Assembly (NCBI GenBank): GCA_013265495.1
Contig: MU058531.1
Coordinates: 62,001 to 126,000 of the forward strand
Origin: Vicugna vicugna
Taxonomy: Eukaryota
DNA length: 64,000 nt
Direction: 5' to 3'
The position numbers were made by a program, and so were the translations under genes. Positions 51,398 through 63,609 of this stretch are shown here, piece after piece (position 1 is the stretch's first letter; every line of letters begins with the position of its first letter). Under the pieces are notes generated by a model. That model was not told the DNA's origin. It did no database searches and worked only from the letters and a program-made list of their open reading frames with translations.

Positions 51398-54300
51398 ATT
51401 GAAAGTCAGTCTATCACACACATACAAAAACCAACCCCAACCTGCTAATTAAAACCAGTACTCTTTTGTTTCCCTACCAATTCTGTCTCCAAAAACCATG
51501 CTGGATTTTGCTCTATTCACTTGTTGAATGTCCCACATGTTAAAAATTAACAGCACTCTTTCCACCTTTGGTTACCATGCCAAACACAATATGCTTTGTA
51601 TTAATGTTGAAACGCACTGGTCTTTTGGGAAAAGTGGTGTTCATGTGCCTAACAGACCCTGATATCTGACTTAACCACTTGGACACTGGATAATTGGGCC
51701 CTTAAATTCTTAAATCTCCAGATCAAATGTGCATCGTACAATTCCTAAGTACACTGACAAACTTGGGAATCTGACCTTACCTCAAAAGGAATTCTAGAGT
51801 GTGCCCTTGCTTTCCATCTTAGTCTTTTGCTCTTGATTTGCAAAGCTCCCGTCCATATAGAAGTTCTGATTATGTTTAAAAAATGCTCTATGCACATACA
51901 ACTAGAAAATTCTACCTATTTATCTCTTTATTCTCATTTTTCTATCTGAAGTAGGGGAAATTGTAAGTGCCACAGCTAAATATCCCAGTATTCAGAAAAT
52001 TGAAGCCTTATACTTTCACAATGGTGGTTAGCTAAAACTGGTAACAGATTTGGGTTCCTTCAGTTTCTACCCACGAGTGTGTTACATGCATAATGAACTC
52101 TCACCCATCTTCTGCAAGTGTTCTATCTAGATGATCTAAGAATTCAGAACTTTCACCAGGAGGCCGCAGACACTGATCCAGCCCTTATCCCTGCCTGTTG
52201 CCACACACTGGGCAGGAAGAGGATAGCGCACATCCTTGAGTCTTCTGATGAAATGCAAATATTTGCCTTTCTGCAGCTTAGTGTTTGGTGGCTCAATTAT
52301 CTCCTTCGCATTTTTCTCCTCTCTTCACTAGTGTGGCTCATCTACAAGTGTCCTTAGGATCTAAAATATCCAGGATTTCAAGGCAACAGCTATATACTGT
52401 TGTGTGCCATTTCTGTTTCTTCCATTAAAAGTATATATTCACTAATTTCACCAAAAATAAAGACTTACGTACAAAGTTGTTGCTACAGCATTGCTTATGA
52501 TACAAAGAGATGCTAGCTACAGCCTATAGCTATGAGAGACAGGTTAAATTAATTATGGTATATCTATATAATGGAATGTTGGGAATATGATACAACCATT
52601 AAAATATTTTAATGCCGTAAGAAAAATAGCATAAGGCAAAAATAAAAATTAAAAAAAAAATGCTAAACCATGTGGCAGACTAGATAAGTAGGGAGAAGTC
52701 ATGTAGGAAGAACTGTTGGTTCTGAATTATCTTAGAATTTTTGAAGGTACAAGAAGCAACACTTGAAGACCATCCAGCCAACTGCAGCACTCCAAGATGA
52801 GAGCTAACTTGGTTGAGGTCTATAGCCGCTAAGTAGCAGAGGCAGGTAAAGAAACCAAGGAAGTTCGATGAAGCAGTTAGTCTTAGAAAAGCTTTCCAAG
52901 GATAAGCCGAGTGAGTGAGGTGATGGTAATTTTGATGACAAAACTGGACAAGGTTCCCCTTTCCTGATTTAGCAAAATTACCTTGCCACTATTCTGATTT
53001 TTGGACTACAAGATTATGAATATTCCTTGCGCTGAGGGGTCAGATTTAAATTTTTTGAATAATCAAAAACTACTAAACTGTTTCATTCCATTCATTGCTG
53101 TTAAAGATTAAGTATTTTAATGTGTATTGCACACTATCCAAAATACTGCCAGATAGAAACACACTTGCCCACATATGCATTCCAGGTGCCTGTATGAGTG
53201 AAGTGACATCTGACTGCCCTGAAACATCTCTGGTTTGGAGAGGAGCAGGTGTCTGAAGTTGTAAATTCTAAGTAAGAATTAATTATTTGTCCAGCTTTGC
53301 TTCTACCACTGACATCCTCTTAAGTTGCATTTAAAGCATGTACATAACTGCTTATGTAAAAGCTATCAGTCATCAGAAAAATAGGGATATGCTTAAGTCT
53401 AAGTGAATTTGTCTCAGATTACCTAAGTATCAATTGATTGGGCAATATATATATATATATATTTTAATGAAAAGATACCTGAATGTTAATAGGCAAGGTA
53501 TAAATATACTAAATTAAGCCTAATTTTAACAAATAAATTGTGGTAGTAAACAGCAGATGTGACCCAGAACATTTACATTTATTTCAGAAATGTTTGCTCA
53601 AATTTGAGAAAAGAAAACATTGTGGGATAACGAAAAGTCAATTTTGATGAATTTTTAAAAAGTTTATAAATAAGTATGGTCACTCAACTTAAAATAACTA
53701 AGGTTTTCATTTTTAAAAAAAATACACTACTTTAATTCCTGACAAAGCACACAGGCATAAAGTTATATTCTTTCGTATTCTAAAATACTTCCTGTGGATT
53801 TGCAAGCAAAAGTTAAGGCTCAAGATTATTTTTTCTATCCCTTCATGCTATTGTTAGGAGAGTGTATTTTCAGTTCCTCAAAAATTATTTCAAGAGCTGT
53901 TATACACTCAATTAAACATAGACCATTTAAGTTATACTAAATACTATACTAAATACAATATTAAACAAAACTTCAACACACTTCTCTTTTGTTAATTTAC
54001 ATTGCAAACTCTCATACAATTTGCTAATGTAAATCAGAGAAATAACTGAAATGTGGCTTCAAAAGAAGTAAAACAGGTTAATAAATCATAAGTAATCACT
54101 ATTAAATCCATAAAGAAAGTCATTTTCTAATTAGACTCTAAAACAAGAATAAAGAGGAATTCAGATGTTAGATGCCTTCTTTACAACCTTAGCCAATCTG
54201 CTTTGTGGCTTCAAAGTTCCCCAAAAGACCTTAACTTTCGACCTAAACATTTCAGACCTACAAAACACAAGTATCAGAGTTACCACATCCCACAGTCGAG

Positions 54301-54533
54301 TTAAAATGCTTTCCAAAGTCTCAGAGACTTTAACTGAATGCAGAAAAGCTAAGAGTCTAAATTGATAAACAGAAAGAAACAGAAAAAAGTGAAGCTGTTT
54401 GCCAAATACCAAGCTTTTACAGACAAATCCAAAGCATATCTAGTAATTTCCCTGTATCTAACAGGGAAATCTAACCTATATGCAAAAGATGCATGTTTGA
54501 ATACAATCACTTATTAGCATGCATACTACTTAC

Positions 54534-54561
54534 TTTGCTTTTTGCCATTTATAAGCTTCAT
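54534..54561 (-). CDS. PANK1: PANK1 exon 1-beta coding part (MKLINGKKQ-T)
   Basis: Minus strand reads ATG AAG CTT ATA AAT GGC AAA AAG CAA A|GTAAGT. It is 28 nt, phase 1, and joins exon 2 to give a 373 aa product matching the recalled PanK1-beta N-terminus. Confidence 0.95.
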
Positions 54562-54674
54562 TAAGACCCAGAAAGAGGTAACCAGTTGAATGAAGTTCGG
54601 CTCAGAAAAGAAAAACCAACTGTAAACTCAATCTACAAATTTGCATCTCAGAACATCCAGCGGGGAAGGGCCTC

Positions 54675-55240
54675 TTTATAAACTAACATTATATACAGAA
54701 GCTTTAGATCGTGAAATAACGCGTTTCTACTTTCTGCGCTGTACCAACAGAAACTCTCAACTCTACCTCCCCACTCCCCGAAAAAAAAAAGAACAATACA
54801 CCTCCAATCTTCATTGGTCCACATAGTTCCGGCCCACATGGTATCAGTGGGTGTGTTCCTCCCAACAAGTCCTCTCATTGGCTGCGAAGAAACCGCGTTT
54901 AATAGGCTGTGATTTGGGGGGGGGGGTTGTCAAACTCCACGCCTCCAGACCTCGCGCTCGCCAATAGACCCAAGGAGCTGGCGGCTTCTCTGCGATTCAA
55001 AGGACAGGCTGGCTGCTTAAGCGCCAACCCCAGAAAGACAAGCTCTGAGAAGGGAAAGAGGCGGGGCGGGGCGGGGCGGGGGGCAGTTCTGGCTCTCCCC
55101 GCGCAGCTCCATCCTTACTCCCGGACCCCACCAAATGTTAACACACGTGCATTCTCCCAAGGACAAATTAGGAAGGCAGGTAGTGCGTTCGCCTTCTACA
55201 GAGCCGTGACCCAAGGAGCAGCTCAGGCTCCGAGTCCAAT
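54675..55240 (-). promoter_or_regulatory. Putative PANK1-beta promoter: tandem GC boxes, CCAAT boxes, TATA-like element
   Basis: (GGGGC)n Sp1-type array at about 55060-55083. CCAAT/ATTGG at 54804, 54813, 54877, 54961 and 55236. TATAAA on the minus strand at 54680-54675, about 115 nt upstream of the beta ATG. Confidence 0.6.
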
Positions 55241-55467
55241 CGGCCCATTCTACAGATGGAAGCAAGCGGGTCAGCCTCAGGCGGCGATCAGTAGTGCTTT
55301 GCATCCCTGGGGAAAGAATCAGTCCCGGGCGCCCCCTCGGAGCCGGCGCTCGACTGCCGGCGCTGGGGCGCCCCGGGCGCGTTCCGGTGCCCGCCCCGCC
55401 ACTCCCCGGTGCCGGGCCCCGCGCTGCGCCTGCCTCGCGCCGGCGCTCCCCTCCCGGAGGGACTTAC

Positions 55468-56170
55468 GCGGCCTGTTCTTCCTTCCCGAGTCCATCCTCC
55501 TCCGCAGCCGGCATTTCTTGGCCGGGGAGTCGTGCTGAGGGGGCGGCGGCTGTGGCTGGAGCTCGGGCTGGAGCGGGAGGCGCGGGGGTCCCGCGTCCCC
55601 AACGCCTGCGGGGCCCCGGCCGCAGAGGCGCGGCAGCTGGACCGGCGTTGGGTGGAAGCCGTTGTGAAGAAGCCCATTCACGGCTACAGCGCCGGCGACG
55701 GCGGGACTGCCCGGAGCGTGCGGGGCCGAGCGCTCCGGCAGCCCGCCGTGGTCGCCCATGCCAAGGGCTGGTGGGGCGGAGCGCGGGCCCCGGCTCAGGC
55801 GGCCTCGCTGGAGGTCATTCTCGGTCGTCTTTATTTCCCCGGATCCTCCTTGCGGCTTCCGATTCAGCAGCCGCAGAGCCGGCGCCGGGGGATGGCGAGG
55901 CTGGCGCTCCTCCCCTCCTCCCGCCGGCTCCCCCTCCTCCTCCGCGCCCTGCCCCCCGCGCGCCGGCCCCGCGGCGCCGGCCTGGAGCATGCCCGCTCCT
56001 GGCGCGGAATCGGGGATCCCCACGCACCCCCAGGCGGGGCCCACGCAGCCCACCTTCCCCGGATCCCCCACTCGCGCGACTTCAAACACAGCTCCTTCGC
56101 CTCCCAGACCTGTCCCCGCTACTGAGCATGCCCAGTCCTGCCCGCCACCGCCACCGACGAGCTTCAACAT
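55468..56170 (-). CDS. PANK1: PANK1 exon 1-alpha coding part (long isoform N-terminus, MLKLVGGGGG...KKCRLRRRMDSGRKNRP)
   Basis: Open frame from ATG at 56170 to donor C|GTAAGT at 55467. It is 703 nt (phase 1) and joins exon 2 to give ...[17 protein letters not shown]. Spliced CDS is 703+353+254+177+124+126+60 = 1797 nt = 598 aa plus stop. The true start may be downstream (see findings). Confidence 0.9.
56106..56143. promoter_or_regulatory. p53 response element cluster
   Basis: GAGCATGCCC (perfect RRRCWWGYYY, 56124-56133) directly abuts AGTCCTGCCC (56134-56143, two mismatches); AGACCTGTCC (56106-56115) has one mismatch. PANK1/miR-107 is an established p53 target. Confidence 0.75.
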
Positions 56171-57479
56171 GGGGACTGAAGTTCTCCGGCTTTACGAAGA
56201 GATGGGAGGGTTGGGCTTTGTATGGCGGAGCGAGCCCAAAGAGGACTGGGCGAGGCAGGCGCGAGAGGAGCTAACAACTTTGGGAGGAATGCTGGGGGAA
56301 GGCAATATATATTTGTAGAGGTTTGGGTTTGTTAATCCTGTCCCCAGTGAGCTAAGATACCTTTGCAAGGTCATTCACGTTGTCCCCTCCCCGAAACCTT
56401 TGTGGGTGAGTGTGTGTGAGGGAGAGAGTCAGTGTTAAGTGACCAAACTACTCACTGGCCTGAGGGGAGGGAGGAGAACGATTATTTATAGAAAGGTAGG
56501 AGGATTTGGAAAGGGAGGGGAGTGTAATTTCTTTGCTGGCGCACACAGACACCATGTGCTCTCGTGGAGTGGTCTTTTGCAGGGAGGAAACCTAGGAATA
56601 CAGTGCTAAGGACAGTGAAGGACACAGCTGTAGGCGGGATTAACCCGCGCTGGAAGAGACCAAGTAAACAGAAGCGGTCCCAAGCTATAAAAAGCACTTT
56701 CCTCACCCAGAAAGGACACTGAAGAGACAATGTCACCCTATTTATAGAGTCAGGAGTTGCCTGTGTTTTAAGAAGGGGAGGCAGCATAGCAGGGTGGGCA
56801 ACTCTGTAACCTCTGGAGTCAGAGTTGGGTTCAGATTCCGCCTCAGCCACTGAACAAACCCAGAGGAAGTCATCGCTCAGGTTAACACACCTGGTGACAG
56901 GAAATAGGACCCGGCATGCTCAGTAGACAGGACCGATTTGGGTGGTGAAGACCTCAAAATTGTGTAATCTCCTGAGGCCTCACCTTTGGAATCTAACTAG
57001 TTGCTGTCCTGAGAAATCCACCTGAAAGCACCTAATCTAATCTTGGCGCTCAGTAAATGTCCCCCAAAGGCGGTTATCCCTATCGCATTGTTATTTATTA
57101 GTTGGTTATCCTCCATTTCAAACAAGGGGAACAAACCATGCTCACAGGCGTATTTATTGTGCAACTTATTGTGTGTGATGTTCTCCATCATCTGTATTTA
57201 CTTAATGTACAGAGGAGTTAGAGGGAGGCCTCAGTGTATTCAGCAGCAACCAGGGCCTGCACCTCCGATGGAAATTCCTTCCAGCAGAGCCTGACCTAGA
57301 ATCAGCACCCTAGAACCTAGGACCACTTGAGTGCTCTGGTCCATTCACTCATTTTTTCAGATCAGGAAACTGAGCCACAGAGAGATGTTTGAGATTATTA
57401 AGGACAAAGCTAAGGATACACCTTAATTCTCCTATCTCTGCTTCCCTGACCTTATCATACTAGTTGAAGACATTGAGAA

Positions 57480-60300
57480 AAAAACCTAACCTAGGTGATC
57501 TGGCCCCTGCCTAGTTCCTCTGCCCCATCTAGAGCTCGTAGTGCTCCCTCTACAGAGCAGCTTTTCAGTTCCTCAAACAAATGTATATCCCTTTGCACCT
57601 GCTGTTTCCATTGCCTGTTCCCAGACCTCTCTGTCTACGAGATTCCAATTCAATCCTCAGATCTCTGCTCCAATGTCTTACATTTAAAGATATCTTCCCT
57701 GACCCTTAGTACAAGGTTAGGGCTCCCTAATCCTTCATGACTCTATCAGTCTGTAACTCTCCAATAGGTATAATAATAGAACATCACTGAGTTGTTACAG
57801 TGATGAAATGAATATAGATGTAAAGTGTCCAGCACATCATAAGCACTATGAGAAAATTAGATGTTTGGCTGTCTCTCTCAGCTACACTGTAATCTCCATT
57901 AAGGTAGATGACTCTTGTTCATCATTGTATACCTAGGCAGCTCTTGGTAATTATTTGTGACTGAATAAACGACTTAGGAGATATTTTACCCGGGGTGTCT
58001 CTCACTTACTCCTGTAAATTTGCTAAAAACAAAACAAAACAAAAAACTCCATTGTTACTCCTAAATATTCAAATACAAAGTTTTCAAATTCCCACATAAT
58101 TCAAGCCGAGTAGTTTAGGAAGCACTTCACATCAAAGATGCAACTAGAAGCTTAAGCAATGCAGTATCTCCAAGGACATGTTCTCCCCAGCCATGGTGAG
58201 GAAGGCCTGAGCCAGGTGGCTCTGACCCAGGTAGGGCAGAAGTCCTGGTCCTGGGGACAGAATGTCCTCCACCTGCTTCATTTCTCCCTCCCTTGTTGGA
58301 CTGGTGTCCAGATCAGTACACCAGGCATGTGGTAAAGAGGAAGCCAGGTGGCATCTCACAGGTTTACTTGGGTGGGGGGGAGGGTTGTTGCAGGTGTAAT
58401 TTTATTTGGCTTATTTTTGTGGGGGAAGGAGGTAATTAGGTTTATTTATTTACTTATTTTTTTAATGGAGGTACTGGGGATTGAACCCAGGACCTTGTGC
58501 ATGCTAAGCATGTGCTCTACCATTTGAGATATACCCTCCCTGACAGAGGTGTCATTTTGAGGCATGAATTATCATGCGCTCCAGCAGGGGCATGGAACAA
58601 ATAATGTTCGGAAAAGAGTGAGGGAGGAGGAACGTGCAAGGCACTTTTCTCCCTCTTTTCATTCATTTATTTACCAATCATTTATTAAGCATGTTCTATG
58701 TTGCAGGCACTGAAACAGATGCTGGTAATACAAAGACAAAAATAGATGCCTTCACTGCTCTCTAGGGGCTTACAATTCATCGAGAGAGAGAGAGGTAAAT
58801 CAATGGTTCTCCATCATCTGTGAATGTAAGAATAACCTAGGGAGTTTTCCCTTTTAAACTTTTTGTTGAAAATAACATACATACAGAACTGTATACATAT
58901 CCTAAGAGTGGCGCTCAGTGATTTTTGCACAAATGAACACTCTGTGTATGCTGCACCTGATCAAGAAACAGAACATTACCAGTATCTAGGAGATTTTTTA
59001 AAAAGCTGATTCTGGGCCCAGGTTCATAGCCTTTCAGTAGGTTTGGAGCACAGGTGTCTGCATGGTGATGATGGTGATAATGATGATAAATCTTTTTTAA
59101 ATTAAAGAAACAAAAGAGTGACAGTAACTGTTTTAAAAATGGGATTATAATGCAGATGGTCCTTGCTTGGAGGAGCAATGAATGAAGCAAAGTACGTCAG
59201 CTATGCCATGGAAGGGAACTGCAGAGGACTCCAGAGAGTGAGCAATGGTGGAGGAGGGGAGGAGAGAGGAGGGAGATGGCACTGAGGTGGATGTTAAGAC
59301 AGACTTCAGGGAGGAAATGACCCTTAAACTGGATTTTGAATGATAACTGGATTTTATCAGGGAAGGTTGAAAGAAATCCATTCAAACTGAGGGTGTGGAG
59401 ACTCTGCTGGTGGGTTTGAAACCATCTGGCATGTTTGGGAAACTGCCAGGAGTTTGACAAGCCTGAAAGACAACCTATGAAAGGAGGAGGTGAGCGATAG
59501 CCAAAAAGGGTAGATGGGGTCTGAATCGCAGATGGCTTTCTGCACCAGAGGAAACAGTTTGGACTTTTTCCTGAAGGCCATGAGACCTGGAGAATAAATT
59601 GGAGGAGGGGGTCCCTAGTTGGGAAGACCATATAGAAGACCACTGGGAACAACCAGGAAGGAGGTGATAAGGGACTGAGTGAAGGACACACCATTTGGAA
59701 TGAGATCATCGAGTGGATTCAAGAAATATTTAAAGAATCTGTAGGACTCGGTGACCAATTGCAGGGTGAGGGAGAGGTAAGGCCAGGATGATTTCTATGT
59801 TTGGACAACTGGGAATATGGTGGTTTCAACATGCAAGATAAAATATGCAGAAGAGGAGCGAGACCTTCTAGCTATATTCTCCTTGGGTTTTACACTTTAA
59901 AAAGGGTGATGCTTCAAATATATAGATCTGATCATGACATTCTTGTATCTAAACTCCTTCATGGATGCTACACAATTCATGATGCATCTAAACTCTTTAG
60001 CAGGGCACATCCAAGTCCTTCTTGTTCTGCCTGCCTCAGCCTTTATTTCCAGCCACTGCCATCACACCGTATGCTCCTGTGAAACCACAGGTGCAGTTCC
60101 CCAAAGGTACTGTGTGATTCTCACCTACTCATTGCTGGAGACTCAACTAAAGAACTCAGTGGAAGGCCTTCTCTGAGCAGATCTTCCAGGTGGCTTATAC
60201 CTTCTCTGGTGTAAACCAGGCCACTCACCTATCTCAGTCTAACTCAACACAAATCACATTTCATTGTAGTTTTTTCTTCTGTCTCTTCAAGGATGAATGA
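57480..60300. mobile_element. Cluster of L2 fragments with nested MER5, L1 and SINE pieces upstream of PANK1
   Basis: L2-type motifs such as TTCATTCATTTATTTACCAATCATTTATTAAGCA, GGAAATGACCCTTAAACTGG and TTCAAATATATAGATCTGATCATGAC; boundaries rough. Confidence 0.55.
58404..58540 (-). mobile_element. tRNA-derived SINE (Vic-1-like)
   Basis: SINE body; TSD AGGTGT(A/C)ATTTT at 58392 and 58547. Confidence 0.88.
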
Positions 60301-63300
60301 ACAAGAAACCAAATCTACCCCTCCCCCAGCCAAGAAGTGTTCTTTTTGACCAGCTGCATGTTTTAAAATTTAAAGTTTGAGTTAGAAAGCGAGTAAACTA
60401 AATTTACACATGTATGTTACCTGCGTGGCTTCTGAAGCACTTCTGACAGCTCTCAGCCTCCCAAATGAGGTACAAGGACTCTCATCTTCAAATCCCCAGG
60501 ACTGAAGACAGTGCACAGCACAAATGAGAGCTGAAAAAAATGTGTGTGGAATCAATGGAGGATGCAGTTCTCTCATTGTACAGGTGAAGATGCTGAGGTT
60601 TTACTTTCTACTGAACATGGGTAGTAAAACTCCCCAAAGAGGTGGGCCCAGAATCAGGAGAACATTCCTGATTGGCCCAAGTCTATGACTGACTTAGAAG
60701 TAGTCAGGCCAATGAAATAGCAAGTAAAGCCTGGGGGATTCTGGGAAAACTTTCCTCCCCTAAGAAGAGGGAAGTCAAGGATAGTTTTTAGTTACCCTAA
60801 ATTACAGTTGTAACTTAATGTTATTTTCTGAAGACACAGATAAAACCTGTCCACCATGCCATCATTAAATTCTAGTTCCTTGCTAAAATGGAAATAGAGG
60901 CCCATTTGCCCAAGCTTTCTACCACTTATTAACCATGTTGATGACACAGTGTGAGCTTGGAGAAAGGGTACTCTTCAAGACATAGTTTAAAATAATTATT
61001 AGAACTTTAACTGCCAGAATGATATTGACCCAAGATGAACGTCTTTTTTTCATTTTTGCTTTTTTATTGTGTCAGTGCCTTTCTTAGAGACTCACATGGG
61101 GCCACCTTGTACAAGAGACTATTTTTGAATACAGTGCTATTTTTGAGTACAGTGATTTTTACACTGTTTTCTGCAGCGCCCTGGGGAGTTGAGCCACCCC
61201 AGGGAGTCAGAGGCCACCAAAAAAAACCTCTAAAACTGCTCTGGTGAGTAGTAGTGTTATATTGAGGTTCTGATGACCCCTTCATCAGAGCCTCCCTCTT
61301 TTCCTGTCTTCAGAATTGAGCAGCTACTACACAGCAGGCACCAAGCTAAGTACCAGGGATACAGTGTTGAGCAAAAACAAAGTCCCTGCCTTTATCTAGA
61401 TTACAGAAAAGACAGGCCTTCAGCACGTAATCACCACAGCAGCAAAAGTGTAAGTGCATTCCGCGAAGTGCAAAAACAGGTTAAGACTCCCAGTGCCACC
61501 AAGGCACATACCAGGGTGACCCGACCTCGTCTAAACGTGAGCAGGTGAAAGAGTATTTAAGCTGACTTCTGAATATTGAGTAGAAGTTAAGGAGGGTGGG
61601 GGGGTGTGGAGGAGGTATTTTTAGCCTCTTATATCATAAATATGGTAGGCACTTTGTAAGTACTTGCCAACTGGAAGGATGACTTGACCCTGGCCCTCTC
61701 AATAGGGCAGATCAAATGTAAGGAAGATTATTCATTGGAACAAACCACTGGAGAGGGTTTAGGCCCACCCCATTCTCTTTACTGTTTTTCTATATGGGCT
61801 GCTTTTCTCTCTGGAGATGGAGTACTTTGTACTCAATACTATTGTTGCCTACTTTAATTTTTTGTTGTTGGTTTTTTTTTTTTTTGGTCAACAGAGATGG
61901 AAAAATTAAGCATCAGCAGCGGCCACTACCAGTAATAACCGTGTGTACAGGAATGAAACACACCCCCCCATCAACAAACTTCCTGTCAGTCACTAATATT
62001 TTCTGAGCACTGACTAATTATGATTTGGTGAAGGGGGAGATGGAGTGTGGCTGCCTAGAAATTTGATAAGCTATAATCAGGGTCACCCCAAGTACTAGGC
62101 ATAATTTTAGGAATGGAGCTGGATTTAGCAAAATTAGTAGTCTTATTATCTAGCATTTATTGAGTTCTTGCATGTGATACACTGTACTAAGTGTGCTATA
62201 AGTGTCATGTTTTTAATTAGCACAGTAGTCATGTGAGTTGGATACTATTATTATTCTCATATTTTGGATGAGGGAACTAAAGATTTGAGAGACTAATTTG
62301 CCCAAGTTCACACAGCAGACAAACAGGTCTGGGTGGCTCTAGGACCTACACAATTTCTAACTCACTCAGCCGCAGTGTCTCCCAAAAGGTGACTTATCTG
62401 CTATCACCTGCAGACTTTACACCATGGTTACAAATGCCTGATATATTCCACTGCCCACACAGAATTGTCTTTCACAATAATTATTGGGTCCTTTATTTCC
62501 TCACTGAAATATTTTTTCAGCATCTTAGATTTTGGTTTCCAAAAGAGGCTTTTTTCCCTTTAAAAAAATTCCTAGCTATACCAAATCTCTATTTTGTAGA
62601 TTTATTCAACAAATATTTTTAAATGATGCTACCATGTGCAATCCACGGTTCCAAGTTCCAGTGGTGAGCAAGGCAAAAAGTCCCTTCCATCCTGGAGCAC
62701 AATTCTTCTGGGGAGGGGAAAAGAAGACAGAAAATAGGTAAATAAATAAGTACAGACTGTGTTAAGTGACACAAAAATTAAACAAAATGATGTGAAAGAG
62801 AATAACTGGAAGAAAGGGGCCAGTTTAGTTGAGGAAGCCACATTGATATGGTTCCTGAAGGTTGAGAGACTGAGATTCCAAGTATTGTGTAAAGAGATTT
62901 GGAAGAGCATTGCAGCATATGGAAGAGGGGAAAAACGTGTATGTCTGTATCTGTGTGTATGCGTGTGTACACACACACACAAATACACACACATATATTC
63001 TCTTCATCATCAAAGGTCCAGTATTTGGGGGATGCTGGTGAACAGGGTGTATGCATGTTCCTTTGAAATGCGAGCAGTGGAAGGGAGAGTCTTCTATTGG
63101 GGTCCCAGCATTCAAGATATTCCACTGGTCTTATAGCTTCCTTGTTTTCTGGGTGAAGTGCCCTCTGAATACTGAAGGTTCTTCAACTGCAAATAATAAA
63201 AGCCACTTTAACTCATTTCAGCATAAAATGAATGAATACAGGGAACTGGGTGAAGAAAAATCACTGGCAAGGCTGAAGGCAGAGCCTTTAGGTGGGGCTC

Positions 63301-63463
63301 TCAGTAATGAGCTCCAGAATTCCACTACAGGATCAGCTTCCTAAGGGAACTGCTATAAGGAAGCTGCTATTTCTCGTACAACAGTAAACCAAGAAATCAG
63401 GGCGTCACTGATTTTACTGTCTGGTCTGGGACTGACTGTTTCAGGCTCAACTGAAACCTACAA

Positions 63464-63609
63464 TAGCTCACAGTGAAAAAAAAATGTGACAATGAATATA
63501 TGCATGTTCATGTATAACAGAAAAATTGTGCTCTACACTGGAATTTGACACATTGTAAGCTGACTATAACTCAATAAAAATGTAAAAAAAAGAAAAAGAG
63601 AAAGAAAAA
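63464..63609 (+). mobile_element. Young L1 3' end with TSD
   Basis: TAGCTCACAGTGAAAAA...CTGACTATAACTCAATAAAA plus A-rich tail; perfect TSD GAAACCTACAA at 63453-63463 and 63610-63620. Confidence 0.85.

Larger units (their letters stand above)
54880..56270. promoter_or_regulatory. CpG island covering exon 1-alpha and the promoter of exon 1-beta
   Basis: Very GC-rich and CpG-dense against an AT-rich, CpG-depleted background; boundaries approximate. Confidence 0.92.

Noticed and set aside
54909..56318. Long + strand ORFs (209, 326, 238, 186 aa) and alternative minus-frame ORFs
   Set aside because: They lie in the CpG island, where stop codons are rare; products are Ala/Arg/Gly/Pro-rich with no recognisable domain and shadow PANK1 exon 1-alpha.
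59197..59709. 170 aa minus-strand ORF upstream of PANK1
   Set aside because: Lies within degenerate L2 sequence; composition is not protein-like and there is no exon context.
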